Below are positions 47,397 to 57,167 of a DNA stretch of 64,000 nt, piece after piece. The DNA lies in contig CAZFAP010000004.1 of the NCBI GenBank assembly GCA_964516325.1, positions 3,073-67,072 on the forward strand. The letters run 5' to 3'. The position numbers and the translations under genes were made by a program. A model generated the notes under the pieces. It was not told the origin of the DNA. It saw nothing but the letters and a program-made list of their open reading frames with translations, and made no database searches. Origin of the DNA: an uncultured Verrucomicrobiota bacterium (GTDB lineage Bacteria > Auribacterota > JABMQX01). The stretch's first letter is position 1. The number at the start of each line of letters is the position of its first letter.

Positions 47397-47545
47397 ACCC
47401 CCGCGGAAGGCGGGGCGGGGGACGCTCTTTTTGACGGGATCAGGGGATATACAGGATGCCGTAAAGCGGCACCAGACGAATCGGGGTCATCCTGTAAATG
47501 CTGTCAAACAGGACGCCATTGAACTTATGAACTTCAGCACTACGT
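47397..47545. repeat. Composite intergenic repeat element, copy 2
   Basis: Contains CCCCCGCGGAAGGCGGGG, TTTTTGACGGGAT, CGGGGTCATCCTGTAAAT and TTGAACTTATGAACTT, homologous to copies at 23676 and 60537. Confidence 0.5.
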
Positions 47546-48178
47546 TGCCCCTTCTGGGCCCGTCGTAGGTCTTTGCCCCGTCGAGTTCCCTGCTTCCCGG
47601 CGGAGGCTTTCGACCCTCTGCTCTGCTCTTTGGGCAAGCTTTGTCCCCGGCCAGTTCTGGATGATCTTTGAGAGCGTTGCGATGGCGGCTTCCGTGTCTC
47701 GGAGGTTCGTCTCGTAAATGTCCGCAATGCGGTTGAGGACAGAAGCGGCCTGCGCCGTGCTGATCGGCAGTGTCAGGCACACCTGCAGTTCAGAGATCGC
47801 CCGACGAAAGTCCTTCATTTCCCGGCTGTAGATATCGGCAATCTCCAATCGCAATCCGAGGTCTTCGGGCTCCTCCTCGAGTGCGAGCCGAAACTCGGAG
47901 ATTGCCTCCTCGAATTGCCCCTGGGTGGCCAGCCATTTCGCCCGCGAGTAGTCTTTCTTAGTTTTCCCCTTATCCGGGGCGTAGAGCTTGTTGATGAGGC
48001 CGCCCGATACGGCCCCCGCGAGAGGATAGCAGGTCAGAGCCGCTATGAAGACGAGGATTATGATGGCGAGGAAGAGTCCCCATCCGAACTGCTCCGCGAA
48101 CAGGATGCGGACGCCGATCAGTGCGACGACCAAGGCCAGGACGCTCCCCAGCCAAACGGCTTTCAGCATGCCTCTCAT
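47540..48178 (-). CDS. Membrane-anchored TPR-repeat protein, a paralogue of the next gene
   Basis: N-terminal TM helices plus a TPR region. About 50% identical to the 48252-48851 protein (...ADIYETNLRDTEAAIATLSKIIQNWPGTKLAQRA...). Confidence 0.6.
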   Translation of the reverse strand: MRGMLKAVWLGSVLALVVALIGVRILFAEQFGWGLFLAIIILVFIAALTCYPLAGAVSGGLINKLYAPDKGKTKKDYSRAKWLATQGQFEEAISEFRLALEEEPEDLGLRLEIADIYSREMKDFRRAISELQVCLTLPISTAQAASVLNRIADIYETNLRDTEAAIATLSKIIQNWPGTKLAQRAEQRVESLRREAGNSTGQRPTTGPEGAT

Positions 48179-48251
48179 TTCAACACCCGCCTTGAGATTG
48201 CGACCGAGTCTGCGGCGTGAGCATATCCATCAGAATTCCTTGCCCCGTCAA

Positions 48252-48851
48252 TCACCCGGCGGTTTCGTTGGGGTACTGCATGCTTTCAATCCTCTGCCGT
48301 GCCCTCTGAGCGACCTTTGTCCCGGGCCAGTTCTGGGCTATTTTCCTGAGTGTGGCAAGAGCCGCCTCTTCGTCGCCCAGATTGATCTCGTAGATATCCG
48401 CGATGCGGTTCAGAACCGAGGCGCCCTGCGTCTCGCCCAACCGCACCTTCAGGCACTCTTCCAGCTCCGAAATCGCGCGGCGGTACTCCTTCATGTCCCG
48501 GCAAAGAATCTCGGCAATCTCCAGGCGGAGCATCACGTTCTCGGGGTCCTTTTCCAAGCCTCGCCGGTACTCCTGAATCGCCTCTTCAAATTCCCCCTGC
48601 GCCGCGAAGCTTCTTGCGACCGAGTATTCTCTCGCTATCTTTCCGGCGTGGCGACGAAGCAGATGCTCAAGCAGCCTCTCGCTGAAAAGGGTGGCGAGCG
48701 GCGGAGCGATGAACGCAGCAATGATTGCCCACGAAATGAGGACGACCCACAACGATTCGAAAGCGAAAGGGAGAGTCCGCGAGAAGAAGAGATAGGCAAT
48801 GATCAGACCTACCCCGATCAGCAGCCGAATTCGCTCGCCTCTCTCCATCAT
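48252..48851 (-). CDS. Membrane-anchored TPR-repeat protein
   Basis: Start ATGATG overlaps the pilT stop (TGATGATGG), suggesting translational coupling. TM helix plus a TPR region. Confidence 0.6.
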   Translation of the reverse strand: MMERGERIRLLIGVGLIIAYLFFSRTLPFAFESLWVVLISWAIIAAFIAPPLATLFSERLLEHLLRRHAGKIAREYSVARSFAAQGEFEEAIQEYRRGLEKDPENVMLRLEIAEILCRDMKEYRRAISELEECLKVRLGETQGASVLNRIADIYEINLGDEEAALATLRKIAQNWPGTKVAQRARQRIESMQYPNETAG

Positions 48852-49903
48852 CAGAGGTTCCGGAATTCCTGGATATTCTTCGCGCGCGCGATCGCCGTCT
48901 CGTAACTGATGATACCGCGAAGATAGAGGTCCTTCAGGCACTTATCCATCGTAACCATGCCATACTGGGAGCCGGTCTGGATGATTGTCGCCAATTGGTG
49001 CGTCCTGCGCTCTCGCGCGCAGGAGCGGACGGCATCGGTGCCCACCATGATCTCCGTCGCTACGACCCTCCCCTTCCCGTCCTTTCGCGGGAGAAGCTGC
49101 TGGGCCACAATTCCCTGGATGCAACCCGCCAGTTGCACCATGACCTGCTGCTGCTGGTGCGGCGGGAAAACGTCAATAATTCTGTCAATGGTCTGTGGGG
49201 CGTCGGGCGTGTGGAGAGTGCTCAGGACCAGATGCCCCGTCTCGGCGGCGGTGATCGCTGTGGCGATGGTCTCCAGGTCTCGCATTTCCCCGATGAGTAT
49301 GACGTCGGGGTCCTGCCGCAGGACGTGCTTCAGGGCGGCCGCGAACGAATGAGTGTCGGACCCGACCTCCCTCTGCTTGATGACGCTCTTCTTGTTCTTG
49401 AAGAGGTACTCGATTGGGTCCTCGATCGTGACGATCAGGCAGCTCCTCTCGGTGTTAATCAGGTCAACCATTGCCGCCAGCGTCGTTGTTTTCCCCATGC
49501 CCGTTGGTCCGGTGATGATGACCATTCCGTTGGGTTTCAGGGCGAGTTTCCCCACAATGGGCGGGAGTCCGAGTTCTTCAAGGCTTCGGATGTTGAGGAG
49601 GACGACGCGAAACGCCGCCTCGACGGAACCCCTCTGCTGGTGCACATTTATGCGAAACCTGCTTATGTTCGGAATGTACAGGGAGAAATCCAGCTCCATC
49701 TCCTCCTCAAACTTCACCTTCTGTCTGTCCGTCAGGATGCTGTAAATCATCCGCTTCATGTCGTCGGAGGTCAACCTCGAGCCCTCTATGGAGACGAGTT
49801 CCCCATTAATCCGCAGAATCGGCGGCTCGCCTTCCGTGATGTGAAGGTCGGAAGCGTTTCTTTCAACGACTTGCTGGAGCAGAGTCCTCAAATCCACACT
49901 CAT
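48851..49903 (-). CDS. pilT: Type IV pilus retraction ATPase PilT
   Basis: MSVDLRTLLQQVVERNASDLHITEGEPPILRINGEL. Walker A GPTGMGKTTT. PilT-specific AIRNLIRE-like region ATIIQTG. Confidence 0.9.
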   Translation of the reverse strand: MSVDLRTLLQQVVERNASDLHITEGEPPILRINGELVSIEGSRLTSDDMKRMIYSILTDRQKVKFEEEMELDFSLYIPNISRFRINVHQQRGSVEAAFRVVLLNIRSLEELGLPPIVGKLALKPNGMVIITGPTGMGKTTTLAAMVDLINTERSCLIVTIEDPIEYLFKNKKSVIKQREVGSDTHSFAAALKHVLRQDPDVILIGEMRDLETIATAITAAETGHLVLSTLHTPDAPQTIDRIIDVFPPHQQQQVMVQLAGCIQGIVAQQLLPRKDGKGRVVATEIMVGTDAVRSCARERRTHQLATIIQTGSQYGMVTMDKCLKDLYLRGIISYETAIARAKNIQEFRNL

Positions 49904-50056
49904 CTCTCACCTCATTCCAAAATCGTGAGTTACGCATGCAACCGCAGTCCCCAAAGGGAACCCTCTGTCACCTCCCATTCGTTCCTGGCGCCTTCGGCGC
50001 TCCCTGCGGTAAGTCCCCCCCGCAACTTGGGCATTAGTGCCCGGCGAAGAAATCTC

Positions 50057-50085
50057 TTGACGTTGCATGCTCACCATGCTAATTT
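50057..50085 (+). promoter_or_regulatory. Putative sigma70-like promoter of the PilZ gene, divergent from pilT
   Basis: TTGACG, a 17-nt spacer, then TAATTT, ~55 nt upstream of the ATG at 50143. Confidence 0.35.
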
Positions 50086-50142
50086 CGCGATTAGCAAGGA
50101 CGGCAACTATCGTCGCGAAACACCCAGAAGGGGGTGGGCCAG

Positions 50143-50490
50143 ATGGGTACACTGGACGTTGACCGTACCTTTCACAAGCACCTGCCGGTGATCATCCAAA
50201 GAAAGAGACTCCTTGGAAGGACCTCCCCGCATAGAGCCTATATTCAGGACATTAACCTCCACGGGGGCCGCCTCTTCACCACCGAGCCGCTCTCTGATAA
50301 CTGCCATATTTGCATTACTTTTAGGGATCCCGATAGCGACACCGACAGGGTTTTGTGCGCCAAGGTAACCAACGCAGAGTGCATCGTCTTCCAGGGCAAA
50401 CCGGTCTATCACGCTCACATGGAGTTCCTGAAGCTCACCAAGCACGACGAGGTGATGCTCCAGAACATTTTTTACGCTGGCCGTAAGTAG
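50143..50490 (+). CDS. PilZ-domain (c-di-GMP-binding) protein
   Basis: RxxxR motif IQRKRLLGR and D-x-S-x-x-G-like motif [10 protein letters not shown]. 115 aa. Confidence 0.6.
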   Translation: MGTLDVDRTFHKHLPVIIQRKRLLGRTSPHRAYIQDINLHGGRLFTTEPLSDNCHICITFRDPDSDTDRVLCAKVTNAECIVFQGKPVYHAHMEFLKLTKHDEVMLQNIFYAGRK

Positions 50491-51461
50491 CTCGCCAGTT
50501 CCGCAGCCCAGTAGGAGATGAGGAGGTCGGCGCCCGCCCTTTTTACGCCGGTTAGTATCTCGACCATGGCGCTCGTCGCGTCAATCCATCCTTTCTGCGC
50601 TGCCGCCTTCACCATAGCATATTCGCCGCTCACATTGTAGGCCGCTATCGGCACGTCGAAACGTTCCTTCGCCCGGCAAATCACGTCCAGGTACGCCAGC
50701 GCCGGCTTCACCATTACGATGTCCGCGCCTTCCTCGATGTCCAGTTCCATCTCCCGCATCGCTTCCCGCCAGTTCGCAATGTCCATCTGATAGGATTTGC
50801 GGTCGCCAAACGCGGGAGGGGATTCTGCGGCGTCGCGAAAGGGACCGTAGAAGGAGGAAGCATATTTTGCTGAGTAAGACATAATTGCGGTCATGGGGAA
50901 GTTCTCGTCATCCAGCGCTCTACGAATGGCGGCGACAGCCCCGTCCATCATCCCGCTCGGCGCCACGATATCGGCGCCCGATGCCGCGTGCGAAACCGCT
51001 GTCTTGGCCAGGAGTTCCAACGTGGCGTCGTTATCCATAGTCGCTCCTTTTCCTTCGCCGCGAACGAGTCCACAGTGGCCGTGACTCATGTATTCGCACA
51101 GACACACATCCGTGATGACCACGCTCTCGACGCCATTGTCCTTTATCTGTCTTACGGCTTTCTGGACGACGCCATCTTTGTTGTACGCCTCCGACGCGCG
51201 ATCGTCCTTTCTCTTTGGAATGCCGAAAAGAATGACCGCGGGGATGCCGAGCCGCGCGGCCTCTTTCACGTCTCCGACCACATCACTGAGGGGAATCTGA
51301 AAGCAACCCGGCATGGACTCGATTGGCTGTCTTTCGGAGATTTTCTCCGAGACAAAGACGGGCAGCACAAAATCGCTTGGGGATAGCCGTGTTTCCCGAA
51401 CCATCCGTCTCAGCTTGTCATTGACCCTCATCCTTCTCATGCGAACCGTCGGATAACCCAT
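50472..51461 (-). CDS. hemB: Porphobilinogen synthase (delta-aminolevulinate dehydratase), Zn-type
   Basis: [24 protein letters not shown]...[15 protein letters not shown]. Cys-rich Zn site [14 protein letters not shown]. Active-site lysine region. Confidence 0.9.
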   Translation of the reverse strand: MGYPTVRMRRMRVNDKLRRMVRETRLSPSDFVLPVFVSEKISERQPIESMPGCFQIPLSDVVGDVKEAARLGIPAVILFGIPKRKDDRASEAYNKDGVVQKAVRQIKDNGVESVVITDVCLCEYMSHGHCGLVRGEGKGATMDNDATLELLAKTAVSHAASGADIVAPSGMMDGAVAAIRRALDDENFPMTAIMSYSAKYASSFYGPFRDAAESPPAFGDRKSYQMDIANWREAMREMELDIEEGADIVMVKPALAYLDVICRAKERFDVPIAAYNVSGEYAMVKAAAQKGWIDATSAMVEILTGVKRAGADLLISYWAAELASYLRPA

Positions 51462-51563
51462 TTTCCTTCTCCCATTGCGTTGGTGGCCATTCAGTTCCGG
51501 GCCGCGACCCAAGTCTTGCCAGTCTCTTCGCTCTTGATGCACGTTGTGTTAGACGCCGCCTGG

Positions 51564-54176
51564 CTATCTCTCGATGCCCATCATTTTCAGTTGGGTGCTC
51601 GCCTCGACCCCAAACGGCCCGTGTGAATCAAGTTCCATCGTACGCCGGAACGCCTCCACAGCCCGCTCCGGCTCGTTCATTCTGCGATAGACTTTTCCGA
51701 GGTTCAGGCTGAGCAATGGATCGTTCGGTCGGATATTGGACGCCGCGCGAAGCTGACCCAGCGCATCCTCGAAACGTCGCACTTCCGCATAGACAAGCGC
51801 CAGCGCCGCTCGGCTCGGCACGCTTTCTGGCCTGTTCCTGACGGCTATCTCCTGCTCCGCGATGCTCTTCTGATAATACTCGATAGCCTGCGAATCCTCT
51901 CCGCGTCTCTTGTGAAAATTGCCCATCATCTGATAAGCCAGGCCCATGCCGAGGCGGGCGTCCGCGTCCTCCGGGTCGCTCTCAATCGCCTCCTTATAAC
52001 GCTCCATTGCTGCCGCGGGGGCATCTCGCCGTAAGTCCATAGCAGCAACGCCGTTCAGCGCCTGGACCCGATAATCCGGGAAATCTTTCCGTGTCGCTTC
52101 GTATTGCTCCTTCGCCTTCTCAAGGAGGTGGAGGTTTTCGTACGCCCTCGCCAAACCCAGCCGGGTCAACGGCCCGATCTTCATCCTCAGAGCGGTCTCA
52201 TACTCTTCCCTGCTGTCTTCCCACCGCCGCATGTTCGCATAGACCGTTGCGACATTGAAATGAATGTCCGAGCCGTCCGGAGCCAACTCCGCCATGCGAA
52301 GGTACGCCCGCAATGAATCCTCGAGTTTCCCTTGAAGATTATAGCAGTGGGCAAGCTTATAGTACGCGGATAGATTATAGCGATTCCGTCGGACCGCGTC
52401 GTCATAGTGCCTGGCTGCCTCATCCAGAAACGCTCTTTTCCTGTCCAGTGCGGCGACGAGCTTCTCGGCGGACAGGCCGCGCAACAGCACGTTCTCCGCG
52501 GCGGTCTGGTAGCCTTCACCTCTCCTTGTCAGAACGGCAGAGTCCCAGATTCGTTTTTCCCACCATCCGGCCGCGAATAGGAGGCCGCCGACTGCGAGGA
52601 CTACGATGGCACGCAGGATCGGCTTCCTGATGGGCTTGACCTTGATCCGGTAGAACCGCCCCCTCTCGTTGGCAATGACCTCGCCTCTTCTCGTTTTACT
52701 TTTCTCCGTGCCGGCCAGCCCGCTCATCCCGCCGACAGCCATCGCCAACCCCAAGCCCAGCCAAAGGAAGAATCGCCCCACAACCCATCGCGTCGTTACA
52801 CACACGACTGCCTGAAGTAAGATCGCACCGCAGCCCGCCGCCAACCCCGCGAGTGCGAGGCGATGAAGCTCGTTCCCGGCCCGGCTTGTTCTCCGCAGGC
52901 TTTCCCAGAAGAATGCCCCGATTATCCACAGGAACGCCGCCAGCCCGATCACCCCCATCTCCGCCGCTATTTCCAGGTACTCAGAATGAGCGTGGAGGGT
53001 GTTGGGCATGATTTTTACGGCTGTCGCGGGGTCTCGGAATCGAGGGAAATAGATGCTGAATGTCCCCAGCCCCCAGCCGAAGATGGGACGCGCCTTCACC
53101 ATGTTCAGCGTCCCCGCCCAGATTACTTTCCTTGCCCGCACGGAACCCTTCTCCACCTCAAACGCGGCTTTCATCCTGCCCCGGATTTCGTCTCGGTTCA
53201 CGAGCCCGTTGGACGCGAAAATAACCGTCGCCAGAAGCGACACCGCCCACGCGGAGTTGCTCGTGAAACAGACCCTCCTTTGACGGCTCAGAACCCGGAG
53301 CACAATCGCCGCCGCAACCCAGAACGGAAGCGCCCAGAGAATGACATATCCTCTCGCTTCCTCCGTCGTGAGAAGCGCGAACATGCCCGCCGCGATGGCG
53401 ACCGTCGGAGCCGCCAGAATCAGTCTCAACCGTTTCTCCGGCACAGAGAGAAGAAACCAAGCCGGTAATGCTCCGAGGAGCCCAAGCCACGCTCCTCGCG
53501 ACTGCGTGTAGAGGAGAGAAAGCTCCGCTCCGCAGATCAAGATGACGAGAGAGGCCTTCACGAACGGGCGCTGGCTCGCGAAAAAGACGCTCAGCAAAAC
53601 CGGCAGTGCCAAGACCAGAAACGACCCAAAGAAATTCGGGTGCCCCATGGTCGAAAGCGAACGTTCGGAGCTTGGCAGCGATGCGTCTTCACCGTACAGC
53701 GGGTCAAAACCATAATGTTGCGCGATCGCGTACATGCAACCAACGAAAGCAACGACCGCGAGGGCTCCGAGCACAACCATGAGTGCTTTCTTGCTTGTGA
53801 CGCCCCTCGCAGCAACAACGAGGACCATCGCGCAGCATGCCATGCTCAGTAGCTCCTGGACGCTCGCGTATTTGTAGCGGGATAGCAAAGTGGAGACCGC
53901 GGCGAGACAGAGATAAACCCCGAGCGGAAGCGTCATCCTGGAACGCGGAATCAAAAACTCTCCCCGAAAAAGGCCGGTCAAAACAAGAACCAGAAAGAGC
54001 GCTGCCGCGAGCCAGCAGAACAGAAGGTTCTTTATGAGAGTGCTGTCTTTCGTCGTCAGCGCGACCGCCAGCCCCACGATGCCGATCGTGACCACAAGCC
54101 CGATCAGCATGGTCAAGCCTACGACATCTTTTTCGTGTGGAGGTTTGTTTTTAGCTCTGTGGCTCACAAGTTCCAT
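51564..54176 (-). CDS. Polytopic membrane protein with an O-antigen-ligase (Wzy_C) domain and a C-terminal TPR domain
   Basis: About 12 TM helices. Wzy_C-type motif HAHSEYLEIAAEMGVIGLAAFLW. About 350 aa of C-terminal TPR repeats. Confidence 0.7.
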   Translation of the reverse strand: MELVSHRAKNKPPHEKDVVGLTMLIGLVVTIGIVGLAVALTTKDSTLIKNLLFCWLAAALFLVLVLTGLFRGEFLIPRSRMTLPLGVYLCLAAVSTLLSRYKYASVQELLSMACCAMVLVVAARGVTSKKALMVVLGALAVVAFVGCMYAIAQHYGFDPLYGEDASLPSSERSLSTMGHPNFFGSFLVLALPVLLSVFFASQRPFVKASLVILICGAELSLLYTQSRGAWLGLLGALPAWFLLSVPEKRLRLILAAPTVAIAAGMFALLTTEEARGYVILWALPFWVAAAIVLRVLSRQRRVCFTSNSAWAVSLLATVIFASNGLVNRDEIRGRMKAAFEVEKGSVRARKVIWAGTLNMVKARPIFGWGLGTFSIYFPRFRDPATAVKIMPNTLHAHSEYLEIAAEMGVIGLAAFLWIIGAFFWESLRRTSRAGNELHRLALAGLAAGCGAILLQAVVCVTTRWVVGRFFLWLGLGLAMAVGGMSGLAGTEKSKTRRGEVIANERGRFYRIKVKPIRKPILRAIVVLAVGGLLFAAGWWEKRIWDSAVLTRRGEGYQTAAENVLLRGLSAEKLVAALDRKRAFLDEAARHYDDAVRRNRYNLSAYYKLAHCYNLQGKLEDSLRAYLRMAELAPDGSDIHFNVATVYANMRRWEDSREEYETALRMKIGPLTRLGLARAYENLHLLEKAKEQYEATRKDFPDYRVQALNGVAAMDLRRDAPAAAMERYKEAIESDPEDADARLGMGLAYQMMGNFHKRRGEDSQAIEYYQKSIAEQEIAVRNRPESVPSRAALALVYAEVRRFEDALGQLRAASNIRPNDPLLSLNLGKVYRRMNEPERAVEAFRRTMELDSHGPFGVEASTQLKMMGIER

Positions 54177-54216
54177 CACGTGTTTTCGGACACGATTACA
54201 GGATAATCCGGATTCG
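54173..54216 (+). repeat. ~45-bp direct repeat, copy 1; copy 2 is at 54829-54875
   Basis: TCCATCACGTGTTTTCGGACACGATTACAGGATAATCCGGATTC versus TCAATCACGTGTTTCTCGACAGGATTTACAGGATGAACCGGATTC. The two copies bracket a ~610-bp non-coding stretch. Confidence 0.45.
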
Positions 54217-54828
54217 TCGGCTGCTGCAGCATCCTATGCGTCGCGTTGCCCTTTCAAGAAGGGCGGACCCTGCGGCTTCATACGAGGGGGAAATCATGAA
54301 TGCGCGCCGCGAACTCGTGGGGACGATTCTACACAAGAGTGCCCCTCGCATGAAAGCAGGGACTCGGGGGGGACTCGCTCGGTTTTCGGGGCGTATTTCC
54401 CGTCAACCTGTTGGCGAGAAGCCCGACTGAAAGCCTGCAGCTCGATGGATTCGCGCATATAATCTCCCCCCGGTTGATGGTCATCAGCCATTTAACTTGA
54501 CTCCGCCGGCGCGCGAAGCAACCAGTAGGCCGCCAGTCGGAAGCGTCGAATGGGTTCAGACCATGCGGGGCCCTGTCGAGCTAATTCGGTTACGACTATC
54601 AGCCGGCGCCCCCTTGATAGCCACCTGCTTGAGCTGGCGGTAAACCAAAGAGCGTCCCCCTCTCCCAGCCCCGCCTTCGTCGGGGCCTTCTCGACAAATG
54701 GATTCATCCATCCGCCCACTGAAATACAGCCACACCCCCCTGCCTGCAAAAATTGACCTGCGGTGTCCGTGCTGATATGCTCGCCATCGCTGAGGTCAGG
54801 CATGTTGCGACTTAGTGCTCTGGTCCGT

Positions 54829-54875
54829 AAATTCAATCACGTGTTTCTCGACAGGATTTACAGGATGAACCGGAT
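54829..54875 (+). repeat. ~45-bp direct repeat, copy 2
   Basis: See copy 1 at 54173-54216. Confidence 0.45.
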
Positions 54876-55021
54876 TCCTCTGGTCGTCGGTCTTGACCAT
54901 CCCGTACATCCTGGTATGCGGTCGAAAAGAGGGTCCCCCGCCCCGCGTTCCGCGGGGGGTTCCATACGTCACCGGATTTATGAATTAGCGTCCTTAGCCA
55001 TTTGTCCCTGAGGGCTCGTGT

Positions 55022-56926
55022 ATGAACCGCTCATTGTTGATTGTCTTCACGGCTCTGACGCTTGTTTGCGTCGCATCGCTGATGCTGCCCACTGTCTTGG
55101 TCGAGCCAGATGACTACGACTGGTATTCGGGGATGATTTCTTTCTCGCGCGGGCATTTCGTCAGCTCGGAAGAGGAAATCGGGGAGATTCACGAGGCGAT
55201 GGCGGAGCGGTTCAGGCGGGGAGAGTTTCATTTTCCGCTGGTTCGGAATGAGAAGGGATTCGTCCACGAGCGGTCGCCGGGCTATTACGGCTTGTTGGCT
55301 CTCTTCTATTTGTTTGAACTCGACCGCTACACAAACGTATTTCTCGTGGTCGGGTGCGTCCTTTTCTTTTTCTTCGTGTTGAGGAAATATGCGGGCGAAA
55401 GGATCGCTCTGAGCGCCTGCCTTCTAATGATTTTCAACCCGACGTTCCTGACCGGGCTTTACCGGGTCTATATGAGCGACTTTGCGTATTTCGTATTCGG
55501 GCTTTTCGGGATGGGGACTTACTGGATGGCGAGGGAGAGGGGAAATGCGTGGCTGCATCTTCTCGCGGGTTTCCTCCTCTCGGTGAGCGTGGTTTTTCGC
55601 GTCACGAACGCGATCTTCTTCGTCTCGATTGCTCTTTACGAACTCTGCATCTTGGTATTTCCGAAGGCTCTTCCACAAGCGGTCGGCGGCTCACCCCCGC
55701 GACCGGTCTTCGCCCCGCGCTCCCTCGTTCCCCTCGCGCTCGGGCTTGTCATCGGCATCGTACCCCTTCTGCTTTACAACTATCACACCATGGGAAAAAT
55801 CCTCGCGGCGGGTTATTCCTACCGCTTCTCCCACGAGGGCACAGAATACTTTTCCCTCTTCGGACGGAATGCTACGTTCTCTCTGAGAAACCTCGGCTAC
55901 ACATTCCCTGTTGGGTTGCCGCGATTGCTGCTCGGCTACCAAATCATCGTCCTGGCGCCGGCCGGCTTTTTCTTTTTGGGCCGAGAGCGGCGGCGATTGG
56001 CGCTCTTCGCAGGGCTTTGGCTTGCAGCGTACTGGGCGTTCTACCTCTGCTACAGCACCATCCGCGAGGACAGCTTCCAGTTCATGTGCCGGAAGTTCTT
56101 GCCATCGCTGCCCGCGCTATGCATTGGGGCAGCTTCCGTCCTGGAAGCTATTAAGGGAAGATGGAGAATCATCATTCTGGCGACCTTTGCCGTATTCGGA
56201 ATCGCGGTTGCCAGCGAGTTCACGGTGCGGTTCGTCGTTCCTCAGCCTTTCGGAAAGCCAGTCTTCCCTCGACGACAACCCCCGCCCGAAGCCTTCCGCG
56301 AGGTTGCTGACCGCCTTGGGCAAGTTGACGGACTGCTGGAGAAGAATCCCAACGAGGCGCTCCGTCCGCTGCGCAGGTGCGTTATCATACTGAAAGACCT
56401 CGCCCAGACAATGCCGGGTCCCGTCGGCGCCGAACTGGGCGGCTCTTCCGCGAGCCTGCACGAGCTTGAGAAGGAACTCAAGCAGTCGCTCAAGGAGGGG
56501 AAAAAGCCAAGCCGGGAACAAATCGCACAATATCGGGCGGTCATTCGAGAAACGCACAGGAAACTGGAGGAACTGGCGGGCGCTATCCCCGGGCCTCCTC
56601 GCTTCGGCTTGCCCGGTCCCGCGGGGATTCCTCCCGACGTTCGGATGAGGGTTGAGCTTCTCCATCGCTCGATGGATGAGGCAAAAATGGGCGGTCGAGA
56701 CACCACGGTCGCCGCCTTTGCGGACGACCTTGCGCGGATCGAAATTGAAAATCGCCGATTTCACAAGGCAGTCGAATTCCTCAACACCGGCATCGAATCC
56801 CTCGGCGAAGCGCCCCCGCCTCCGCCGCCCGTCGGAAGCCCGCGTTTTCCTCCCGTCGAAGCCCGTCCACAGTCTTTCGGCCCGCCAGGGGAACAAGGTC
56901 GGCGCTTGCCGGACCGCAGATTCTAA
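55022..56926 (+). CDS. Polytopic membrane protein, putative GT39/GT83-like (ArnT/PMT-type) glycosyltransferase with a Pro-rich C-terminal tail
   Basis: About 11 N-terminal TM helices. C-terminal soluble region ending in PPPPPPVGSPRFPPVEARP. Fold assignment by pattern only. Confidence 0.45.
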   Translation: MNRSLLIVFTALTLVCVASLMLPTVLVEPDDYDWYSGMISFSRGHFVSSEEEIGEIHEAMAERFRRGEFHFPLVRNEKGFVHERSPGYYGLLALFYLFELDRYTNVFLVVGCVLFFFFVLRKYAGERIALSACLLMIFNPTFLTGLYRVYMSDFAYFVFGLFGMGTYWMARERGNAWLHLLAGFLLSVSVVFRVTNAIFFVSIALYELCILVFPKALPQAVGGSPPRPVFAPRSLVPLALGLVIGIVPLLLYNYHTMGKILAAGYSYRFSHEGTEYFSLFGRNATFSLRNLGYTFPVGLPRLLLGYQIIVLAPAGFFFLGRERRRLALFAGLWLAAYWAFYLCYSTIREDSFQFMCRKFLPSLPALCIGAASVLEAIKGRWRIIILATFAVFGIAVASEFTVRFVVPQPFGKPVFPRRQPPPEAFREVADRLGQVDGLLEKNPNEALRPLRRCVIILKDLAQTMPGPVGAELGGSSASLHELEKELKQSLKEGKKPSREQIAQYRAVIRETHRKLEELAGAIPGPPRFGLPGPAGIPPDVRMRVELLHRSMDEAKMGGRDTTVAAFADDLARIEIENRRFHKAVEFLNTGIESLGEAPPPPPPVGSPRFPPVEARPQSFGPPGEQGRRLPDRRF

Positions 56927-57167
56927 CACACCGTCCGGTCCCTGTCGTGCCGAAATGCCCATCCACCAACGTTGACACCTCTCTCCTCTTTCCAATATAG
57001 TTCGGCCTGTGGAGACAAGACGATGGCCGGGCCTGTGAGCGGGCCAAGAACATAATGCGACAAGAAGGCCGACCGCCTGGCCATCGAGCAGGGAAGCTGG
57101 GTCTCGCCACAGACCTGTCCCTGATGCTTCTCGGCGCGTGAGGTTGAACAGCAGAGGGGGCATTGCC

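Noticed and set aside
48995-50191. 398-aa plus-strand ORF antisense to pilT
   Set aside because: It lies opposite an unambiguous pilT with Walker motifs. The translation is His/Arg/Leu-rich without motifs.
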